Source of the DNA: Camelus ferus | Lineage: Eukaryota | Direction: 5' to 3' | Assembly: GCF_009834535.1 (NCBI RefSeq) | Contig: NC_045707.1 | Coordinates: forward strand, 63,676,001 to 63,740,000 | Length of the DNA stretch: 64,000 nucleotides | Shown here: piece after piece, positions 54,590 to 64,000 of the stretch | Layout: each line of letters opens with the position of its first letter | How positions within the stretch are numbered: position 1 is the first letter of the stretch | Notes under the pieces: generated by a model | The model's input: only the letters and a program-made list of their open reading frames with translations | Databases searched by the model: none | Told to the model about the DNA's origin: nothing | Made by a program: the position numbers and the translations under genes

Positions 54590-54810
54590 TACAGCATCTA
54601 CTACATGCTGTGCTTTGTTCTAATACATTTACTTATTAATCCTAAAAATCCCATAAAGCAGGTACTATTATCATCCCCATTTATGGACAAGGAAACGGAA
54701 ACAGACAGGTTAAGTAATTTGACTGAAGTCACTAGTAATTGTGCAGTCAGGTTTTGAAACTAGTTCGGTTCCAGAGTGCAAGCTCTTAATTGTCATTTTA
54801 CACTGCTTCT
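54590..54810. mobile_element. MIR SINE
   Basis: GGTACTATTATCATCCCCATTT...AGGTTAAGTAATTTG. Confidence 0.75.
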
Positions 54811-57169
54811 CCATATGACAGAGATTAACTTCCACCCCCTCCATCACTTCCTACACTCAAAGTTCAAAGCAAGCAAAGTAGACTTGGTAGGAAAGTTACT
54901 CTACATCCTAGATCTCAGCACCAAGAGGTTCTGATTCAATAAAGCTGGGTTGTGGCCCTGCACCTACATTTTTTAAAAGTACCACATGTGATTTGTGTGA
55001 GCATTGGTTAACATCCACTGCCCTAGTTTTTTAAATTAGACAGGTCTTAGCTGAACCTTTGGGGTTGGGAGCAGGGAATAAATACAGAGAGAGAGTGTGC
55101 GTGTGTCTATGTACTTTGCTATTCCTCCTATTCCCCCTTCCCAAAGAAACAAGACTGGGAAGTAGGGAAGCAAAGATAAAGACAGAAAAGCAACATAGCT
55201 TTTTATGCCATGTTAACCAGCCTTGAGTATTACCTTAATGGTGACAATAATAAAATTATTTTTTTGTTGTTTTTTAAAGCAAAAGACAATCAGATCTGTG
55301 CATTAGAAAATAACCCCAAAGATTGTGTAGAGAGGGAACCGTGGGTAGAGACTGCAGACAAGGAGAAAAGCAGCCAAGAATTCAAGACTAAATGCCTGAG
55401 TGAACTAAGCAAGCACTGAGAATTAAGGGAATGCAGCAAATTTAAGATACCTCTTTAAGGTAAACCTGGTAAGACTTGGTTATTCATTAGACACTGTTAT
55501 AGAAATGGGCATCTCCAAGTTTGTTTTACAAGCAACCAGGTGAACGATGAGACCATTAAACTAGATCTTAACTTGCTGAGGCAAGAATAAGTGGGTTTTG
55601 CTGGTCATCCCAGAATTATGTGGGAGAGGGGAAGCTTTTGATATGGAAAACAGGTGGAGAGATGGGAACAGATGTAAATTTGTGATGAGTGTTTATAAAT
55701 GAGGTGATGAAGCAGAGTTGAGAAATAAAAGACTAACTTTAAGAGGTCAGATTATGAAAGGTAGTGGCTGGAAGAAGAGTGAGAAGAGTCTTGTATTTCA
55801 TAACGCTGCTTCATCATCTCAAGGGTTCTATCAAAATCAATCCACATCGGAAAGAGGGAAGTGTAGTTCAAAAAGAAGGGATCCCTCCTTGGAAAGTCCT
55901 AAATTGGATCACTCCAAGTAGAAAATCAAACAAGATAACCTTAAAATATGTAGTGAACTAATAAGTAGGGAGATCAGCATCCACCCTGAAGACAAAAACT
56001 AACAAGACAACGAAAGAGCGTGAATAATCCAAAAACAATGACCAACCCATCACTTTAAATAGCCAGTACATAGAAGTATGTGGGGGTTTTTTTTTTAATG
56101 CTTTTATTATTTCACGGAATCCTAATAACTGAAATAATGACTGACATCCATTCTGGAGATAAAGAACGTGAAGGACAGAGAAGAGATGCTTGCTCAGTTT
56201 CCCAAGGTCACACATCATAGTAACAGCAATGTGCTATTCTGCCCCCTAGTCTGGTAGTCCATACACTAAAGCACAAACGCTGTCAAATAATTCAAACTGG
56301 GATAGGGATGGCAGCATAGAGAAAATGAGTGAAACACAAGGAACAGAGGAAGCTATATGCGAAAATATACAGTGTTAGATGAGTCATTACCCGACCGAAC
56401 TAATTACGAAATACTCCTGCAATGGGAAATGCTGCCAGTGGCATGCCATGATAGTCCTAAAACAGGCATAAAGATATGCCCTACGAACGTGATTAAGCAC
56501 TATGTAACAAAATATCCTCTGGACCTAATCCTAGTTCCCAACGAACTACGAGGGCCTCAATGACCACTTCCATAAGTCGCCACCACAGGTCCTCCCACGG
56601 GAACATCACAGAGACGTCTGGGAAATAAATACCCTAACTAACGCCTCCCTAGATAAGCGTGGTATGGTGTAAATCTCCAGCTCTCCAATTGGAAACATGC
56701 CTTGCTGCTCACAAGCACCATCCAAATCGGCAATCTGGTAAAATGGATCCAACATACTCTTCTCCTAACTGCAAAGCAGCAAAGCACCTGTTTTCAGCTC
56801 CTCCCAAAGGGGGAAAAGGTGCCTTCACCAGAGTGAAGCAGAGGTAAGCAGAGGCAAGTTACATTAACACCTCAAAGGAAGAGAGAAAAGACGCTGGGGT
56901 CTGAACAGCTGACATAAAGAACTAGAGTCGGGGAGGGGAAAAAACGATCCACTAAAAGAAAGGAACTGGGCAACCACCTGTCCCTTAGAAAAGGTAATAC
57001 AAATAAAAGCCCCTCGCCCTGAGGCAAAGCAGACCAGAACAGCGAAGAGGCCTAGCTGGCCTTGGAGTAGGAGCCGTGTCTCTTAATTCCAGGGCTGAGC
57101 CGGCATTCTCGAGAACACAGTGACACCATCTAGTCATCTTCTCCTACATCCTCCACAGGCTGTTCCTGA

Positions 57170-57620
57170 CACAGAAAGGCCCCCGCGTCCCTCCCCGCTC
57201 AGCCTCCAAGCAGCAAAAGCAGCCCCGTGCCAGTGAAAAGCAGCGATGTTCCCCCGGGCCGTTACTTACCTTCCCGCTCACAACACCCGCCGCCGCCATG
57301 TTTCCTACGCGTGCCTATGATGACGTAGCAGAGCCTCACGTGTCTCTCCGACTCACAACAACATCCGGCGAAACTAAGCAGATATCCGGGCGGGAAAGGG
57401 GCGGGGAATGGCGGGAACTGCGAGGAGTGAAGGGGCGGGGCGAGAGGAGCGGCCGGACGCATGCGCGCTGAGTAGGGCTCGGAGGCAGCTTGGGTAGTCT
57501 CTGGTGCGTACTGCGCATGTGCCAGTTTATTTTCCTCGGAGGGTACTTAAGTGGAAGGGATTTTGATTAGGGGTTTTCCTGGGGGCGAGTTTCTGGGCCT
57601 TTCGCAGGCCCCTTCGCAGT
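57170..57620 (-). promoter_or_regulatory. CpG-island promoter of TBC1D15
   Basis: Only CpG-dense stretch in the window. GC boxes at 57398-57406 and 57432-57441, NRF1-like CGCATGCGC 57458-57466 and TGCGCATGTGC 57512-57522, E-box TCACGTG 57336-57342, CRE-like TGACGTA 57321-57327. Confidence 0.9.
57270..57299 (-). CDS. TBC1D15: TBC1D15 coding exon 1 (MAAAGVVSGK)
   Basis: Kozak-like GAAACATGG; 30 nt; donor AAG|gtaagt; in CpG island. Confidence 0.96.
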
Positions 57621-59082
57621 AATGATGGAAAGGACACCATATAGGGGCTCAGCCGACCTGGTCTTGGCTTTGTGGCCACAGGCAAGCCTCTTCCACCTTC
57701 AGCCTCGGGTTCCCATCAGTAACACTGAGACAGAGCTGTGATGAAGGCGGAAGGAATTCCAGTCCTCTAGCCGAGGAACATACACGGACTTTTCGCCTCT
57801 GTATGTGAAGTTTCTGAAGTTGAGTCTGGTAACTGCCACTCCCACATGACCATGAACAAGGCATTTTGATAGGAACTGCAATAATACCACGCCCGGAGTC
57901 CAACGTACATAGCTCAGAGCTACTACCCAGTTGCTTAATAGCCGTGTGAATGGGAACAAGTTTCTAAATTCATCCAAGCCTCAGGATGTGAAATGAGAAT
58001 TACCCTTGGAATGGTTGTACAGATCTCATGAGACAATGCGTATGTAGTAAGAGAATTTGTTGAGATACTGAGATGATAATGTTTTGTTCTCGCTGCTGTG
58101 AAAAAATCCCGGGGAATGATTGGATACTTCCCCTGATGACTCTGACAGAGGATCTGCCCTAGCCCCAAGGCAGAATAAAAAGTCCCCTTATGCCAAACAC
58201 CTGTGCCCATTGAGGTACTTCTCCACACAATGGAGAGAGGTTAGAGGCTTTTGAGGTTGACTGAAAAAGTAGCAGCCGAAGGGAAGGAGGGTTATGGGTT
58301 CCGTGACTATTTGGGAACATAATGGTTGAGGGAGGGCAAGACACAAATGGCTGTGTAGTACTACTAGGGAGGCTGCATCAGAGGTTCGAACCATGGCCGA
58401 GACCCCATGCCCAAGCTTGGCAATCAATTGAGAAATCAGCTCACTTTCAAAGGTTAAGGGAGCTGGAGAAATGAGCAAATTAGCCGTAACCAATGTTGAG
58501 TGGAGACTTCAGGGCCTTCCCCAAATGTTCTTGACTGAGACTTCCAGAACTTTCATGCAATCCTGGTTGTGGTGTTTAGAGCCCTAATAATGACCCAGAT
58601 TAAAGTTTCCACCAGCTCACAACAATAAGGTGTGGTTAGAGAAAAAAATTAATGAAATTTCTTTTGTCCTGTGTTTTGGAGAACAGTTGAAGCCCTTAGT
58701 ACAGTGCTGGGACTAAAATAATAAATGGTAGCTGTTATTTATATAGTGAGCTTGGGAATTAAAGGCTTCTCAGTGAAAATTTGACACCCTATGTTCATCT
58801 GCTACTTCTTCATATTCTTAAGCCTCATCCTTTAACTGCCCTTTAAATGCTGGTGCCTACCCATAGGCCATCCTTAGACTTCCTTTAGTCTTTCTCCCAA
58901 ACACCATTCCTGGGCCATTATTTTCATATTCTAGTATCACCATCTTCTGTGTGCTGATGACTATGAAATATCTCCAGCCCAAGTCTGTCTTTCTTTCCTA
59001 AAGTCTAGAGCCTGCAACTACTGCCCGCTGGACCTTTTCACTTGAATGACCCACCCTCACCTCAAAAAAATCCTAAATCTTT

Positions 59083-59245
59083 ACTATGCAAAGTGTTAGG
59101 TGTAGACCAGCATTACCACCATCACCTGGGAGCTTGTTAGAAATGAAGAAGCCCAGGTCCCACCCTAGAACTACTGAATCAAAATCTGTATTTTTAGCAA
59201 GATCTCAGGTGATTTGTATGCATGGTAAACTTTGAGAAGCACGGT
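59083..59245. mobile_element. MER5A MITE
   Basis: CATCACCTGGGAGCTTGTTAGAAATG...ACTGAATCAAAATCTG...TTTGAGAAGCAC. Confidence 0.85.
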
Positions 59246-59714
59246 CTTAAACTTAAGTTTTGCTTTTGTTCTCTGAAATTACTGCCATTTGCTGACCCAG
59301 AAATGCAGTCAGAACAGTTTCTCCAGGGAAGTGCTGCCATCGTGTTGCCCCTTTCTGTTGTGTCTTCTGGAGAGGTCGTGGGAAACATCTGCGTTATGTC
59401 TCTTCTTATTTGGACAACTACTGTGGCATTTTAATTCGTACTCTTGCTTTCTGCTTCATCTTCCCCCTATCCCATCCTTCATATTCCTACTAGATTAATC
59501 TTTCTATATGATCATATGAACTCCCTGCTTAAAATCCCTTAGTGACTCCCCATCTGTTCAGGAAAATTTCCAAATTTTCCAACACAGCATGGAAGGTCCT
59601 TCATTAATTATTCCTGCCTACCATTTTAGCTTTATCTTCCCAATTTATACCCAGTCCTCCAACCATAGCCAAATAACTGCTGTTCCCTTAATGTTCCATA
59701 CTGTGTTCCAAGAT

Positions 59715-59940
59715 TGCTTCTGACTGTAGCAGATTGGCTTGGCTTGGATCATGGAACCATCGCTGAGCCAATCACTGTGGCCCAACGTATATGATGTTCT
59801 GATTGGTTAGATTTCAATCATATGCCCACAGCTCCAGTAAAAGTACATGGAATGAGAGGGAGGGTAATGCTTAGAGAAAAATCCAGGAACCATTCCAGAA
59901 AGAAAAAAGGGGGAGTAACTGCTTAGCAAGCAAGCAGATA
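59715..59940. mobile_element. Old MLT1-type LTR fragment
   Basis: TGAGCCAATCACTGTGGCC...TTCTGATTGG. Confidence 0.5.
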
Positions 59941-61701
59941 TCAGTTATAGAGACTCCTTTCTGCACTTCCGTGATATCATACTGTAAAATACTTGGTAGT
60001 TTACTAAACTGCCTTCCTCCCCTTTCTAGGTGATCACCACACCAGGCACAAATGCCTGACCCCTAGTAGACACTGAATAAGGGTTTGTCTAACGAATTAA
60101 TGTCAACTAATTCCCTATTTAGAAATGACACAGTTATATTTTACATCCACGAGGAAAGAGACCATTTTCCTTTTTTAATGATATCCTCTGTCTGTATGCA
60201 AAGGGAAGAAAAAAGTTCAGGATTTCAATGTAATTTGTTTCATGTTTTAGGTTTTTACTATAGTAGAAGGAAAAAAATCACAGTACACTTACATATAAAA
60301 AGTGGACGAGTTTTTTTTTTAAGTAGCATGCACATATATTTAATGTAAATAAAGTCATTAAGCTCCCTATAACTTAAAACAAAATTACTCTTTTCACGGA
60401 AGTGAGTAATTTTATACTTCCTAAGTTCACTGCTATGAATTACATAGCTATTCACTAATTATGATTTATCACTCAAAAAGTCGTATGATGCAAAAGAATC
60501 CTAAGAAGTACCTTAAAGAGACCTGGGCGGGACTTTAGAGATAGTTTCCCAGGCTTTCCAGTTGAGGAAATTGAGTCTTGGAGATTAATGGTTTGCCAAA
60601 TTCACAAGCTGCTTTATGGCTAAACAGAGACTTCATCAGAGATACGTGTCGCAGTCAGCTGTGCTACACCATCATCTGAAAGTGATCACTCCACTCCCCT
60701 CTGTAAACTAAAGCATTTAATTAACTACTCAATTTGATTCTCTCCCGCCTTGGTTTTTAGCTAACCTATCTATGTTTCAGGGCTTATCCTATGTCACACA
60801 TCATTTATTAAGATTACCCCAACTTTGCCACCACTCATTGATCTCTACCTTGCCTGAACTCTTAGAACAGTCAGACTAAAACCTTTGTTTTAGTGCTTAA
60901 CTATACAAGGTAGTGCCATGAAGAAAGCATCGACTTTGCTGATAGCCAAGGGATCGCAGGAGTTCTCACAGGATAAACTGACCAACTGAAGAAATCAGAC
61001 CTATGGGTACTGACAGCTGGGGATCTGTTGAAATGACCCAACCACATCATTCTACCATGAAGAGCAAAAATGAACAAGCCCCACCTCTATACATAAAACT
61101 TCCAATCAGCTTTTGGTTCTGGTCTCTTAAATATGAACAGATGACCATGAATCACTCCACATTTGAACAAAACCTTTAAGCTGAAAGGCAGACACCAAAA
61201 TGAACAAACAAATAAACAAGCAATTCAAGACAGACCATGCAGAGAGTAGAAGAAAATATTTTAATTACAATAAATACCTTTAGAGATATTAGAGAAGACT
61301 TTGCATCCATGAAACAAGAATAAAGGCCATGTAGAGAAATAGTTAGAGAATCAAAATGAGATCTTAGAAATGAAAAATATAACATAAATGAGAAAAATCC
61401 GTAAATGGAAATATTCCAGAAATTAGAACAAAAAGACAAAGCTATGGAAGTAAGAGAAAAGTTAAGAAAATTAGTGGATTAGAACAGGATATGTAAAATC
61501 CAAATAAAGGAGACAGCAGAGAATATGGAGGAGAGGAAATTATTAAACAAAATAATTCAAAAACTTTTTCCCAGAAATACCCGATGTGCATTTTCAAACT
61601 GAATCAGCCCACCGAGTGCCCAGCATAGTGGAAGGAAAAGACCAACAGAAAGAGACAGAATTGTGACATTTCAGAACAATGGGAATCAAAAGAAGATTGT
61701 A

Positions 61702-61862
61702 TAGCACAGGGAAATATACACAAGATCTTATGGTAGCTCACAGAGAAAAAAAATGTGACAGTGAATATATATATGTTCATGCATTACTGAAAAATTGTGC
61801 TCTACACTGGAATTTCACACAACATTGTAAAATGATTATAAATCAATAAAAAAAAGTTTAAA
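61702..61862 (+). mobile_element. Young short L1 3' UTR insertion in an older L1 ORF1 remnant (~61000-62170)
   Basis: 14-bp TSD AAAAGAAGATTGTA (61688-61701, 61863-61876); closely similar to the 3' UTR at 47400-47540. Confidence 0.85.
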
Positions 61863-62237
61863 AAAAGAAGATTGTAAAAACTTGCACAGAGAAAAACAAA
61901 GTGTTACATGAAAAGGACAAGAATAGATACCATCTTTGTACTGGCCAGTAAAAGCACTGGAATATGTGGGGCAGCGGCATAAACCTTTTGAAAATATTTT
62001 CTACCTAGAATGTTATACCCAACCAAGGACTCAGTCAAGTGTGAGAACAAAAAAATTCATTTTCAGACATGCAAGTTCACAAAAATTGTATCTCTTACCC
62101 TATCTCAGGAAGCAAGTGGAGGCTATGTGACACTGAAACAGGGCAGTTAATTACATGAGAAGAACATGTGGAATCCTGAAGATGGGAAACAAACACGGGT
62201 ACAATGCAAAGAAGAATCTTGAGGGCATTTCTGTGAA

Positions 62238-62840
62238 ATGGTGCAGCCACTGTGGAAAACAGAATGGCAGTTCCTCAGAAAATTAAGCAGAATTGCCCTA
62301 TAATCCAGCAATTTCACTTCTAGATCTGTTTACAGGATAGTTGAAAGCAGAGACGGGTATTTGCATGCCAATATTCATAGCAGCAGTATTCACAATAGCA
62401 AAAAGATTGAAACAACCCAAAAATCCATCAGCAGGTGAATGGCTAAACAAAATGTCATACATACATAAAATGAAATATTATTTGGTCTTAAAAAGCAATT
62501 AAATCCTGATACATGCTACAAAATGAAACATTATGCTTAGTAAAGTAAGCCAGCCACAAAATGGCAAATGTCGTATGATTCTGCTTATATGGGGTGCCTA
62601 TAATAGTCAAATTTATAGAAACGGATGGTAGAATAGTGATCTAGGAGTTGGGGCTGATGAGGGAGAATAGGAGTCATTTAACTGATGAAGAGTTTTAGTT
62701 TGGGATAATGAGATGGATGCAGTGATGTTTGCACAAAAGTGTGAAGGTACTTAATGCCACTGAATTGTGCCTTTATAATGGCTGAAATGATAAATTTTAT
62801 GTTATGTTTATTTTACCACAATGTTTAAATAATTGAAAAA
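62238..62840 (+). mobile_element. Old L1 (L1MB-like) 3' end
   Basis: GGTGCAGCCACTGTGGAAAAC...GTACTTAATGCCACTGAATTG...TTTTACCACAAT. Confidence 0.85.
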
Positions 62841-63109
62841 AATGGAAATATTCAAGATCTAGGGTTAAGCAGAGTTCTTAGACTTGGCGTCAAAATCATG
62901 ATCCATAAAGTCCATAAATTGGACTTTACCAAATTTAAACTTTTGCTCTCCAAAAGACTGTGAAAAGAGTGAAAAAACAAGCTACAGATCAGAGTAAAAC
63001 ATTTGCCAACTACAAATCCCAAAGGAGAAATACCTAGAATGTATAAAGAACTCTCAACACTCAACATTAAAGAGACAAATAATCCAATTAGAAAATAGGT
63101 AAAAGAGAT

Positions 63110-63612
63110 TGCACTATTTTTCTATTGCTGTTGTAACAAATGACCACAAACTTCGTTGCTGAAAAACCACATTTTTATTTTCTTACAGTTAGACATCACA
63201 GGTCTGATTGGCCTAAGATCAGAGCATCAGCAGGGCTGAATACAGCCACTTCTGGAGGCTCGTAGAGGAGAATCTATTTCCTTGCCTCTCCATGCCTAGC
63301 GGTCATCCTGCATTCCTTGGCTCGTAGCCCCCCGACTCCATCTTCAAAGCTAGCAATATTCCATCTCTCTGCAATCTCTGCATCTCTGATCTTTCTTCCT
63401 TAGTCACATCTCCCCTTGAAAGCTTCTCCACCTAAGGGGCTCATAAGATTAGATTAAGCCCACTTGGATAATTCTTGACACTCTCCCCATCTCAATGTCC
63501 ATACCTTTAATCACATCAGCAAAGTACCTTTGTTGTGTAAAGTAACATACTCTTCAGCCTTCTAGGGATTATGGCATGATAATTTGGGGAGGCAATTTTT
63601 CTCCCTATCACA
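63110..63612. mobile_element. MLT1 (MaLR) solo LTR inserted in an L1 ORF2 remnant (62850-64000)
   Basis: TG...CA ends; TSD GAGAT/GACAT; CTATTGCTGTTGTAACAAATGACCACAAACTT hallmark. Confidence 0.85.
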
Positions 63613-63757
63613 GACATAAACAGACATTTCACTAAAGACAATAATAAAGATGGCAAAATAAGCATCTAAAAGATGTTCAACTTCATTAGTCATTAGGGGA
63701 ATGCAAACGAAAGTCACAAAAAGATATCACTACTTACTTATTAGAATGGCTAAAATA

Positions 63758-63900
63758 GGAGGAAGAGGGTATAGCTTAAGTGGTAGAGCACATGCTTAGC
63801 ATACACAAGGTCCTGGGTTCAATCCCCAGTACCACCTCTAAAAAAAAAAAAAAGTAAACCTAATAAACTCCCCCCTAAAAATAAATAAATAAAATAACAA
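63758..63900 (+). mobile_element. tRNA-Ala-derived SINE (camelid Vic-1-like)
   Basis: GGGTATAGCTTAAGTGGTAGAGCACATGCTTAGCAT...GGTTCAATCCCCAG; 16-bp TSD TAGAATGGCTAAAATA (63742-63757, 63901-63916). Confidence 0.9.
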
Positions 63901-64000
63901 TAGAATGGCTAAAATAAAAAAATAGCAGTAACACAAAATCCTTGTAAGGACATGGAGAAACTGGATCACTAATACATTGTTAGTGGGAGTATAAAATGGT

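Larger units (their letters stand above)
1748..57299 (-). other. TBC1D15: TBC1D15 gene span in window (coding exons 1-15; 3' end outside window)
   Basis: 15 exons with AG/GT boundaries and compatible phases join into 549 codons matching the recalled mammalian TBC1D15 protein from MAAAGVVSGK to DILRLWE. Confidence 0.98.

Noticed and set aside
57649..58493. Cluster of short minus-strand ORFs upstream of the promoter
   Set aside because: Overlapping frames, no homology recognised, partly MIR-derived
1..64000. A previously undescribed multi-gene biological system
   Set aside because: The window is explained by one known intact gene plus common mammalian repeats; no unexplained long ORF or structured RNA was recognised

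Overview
Mammalian genomic DNA, AT-rich and repeat-dense. It holds the promoter and first 15 coding exons of TBC1D15 (Rab7 GTPase-activating protein) on the minus strand. The ATG is at 57299 in a CpG island and the exons run down to 1748; the last coding exons lie beyond the left edge. All 15 exons have canonical AG/GT boundaries and splice into an open frame of 1647 nt (549 codons). That frame includes the 51-nt cassette exon, the LIR-like FEVV motif and both TBC catalytic fingers (IEKDVNR, YVQG). Introns and upstream DNA are filled with L1 (including a ~7.6 kb old L1 with younger insertions nested in it), L2, MIR, MLT1/MLT2 LTRs, Tigger/MER2/hAT remnants and microsatellites. Two tRNA-Ala-derived SINEs resemble camelid Vic-1, which suggests a camelid genome (inference). 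I found no convincing new biological system. The best leads are a candidate dual-acceptor exon in intron 6 (30-nt in-frame or 65-nt poison), clustered substitutions around the LIR motif, an internally deleted L1 that keeps both ends, an L1 mini 3' transduction, and a 33-bp minisatellite carrying perfect ETS sites. Protein comparisons and repeat family names come from memory, not from database searches.
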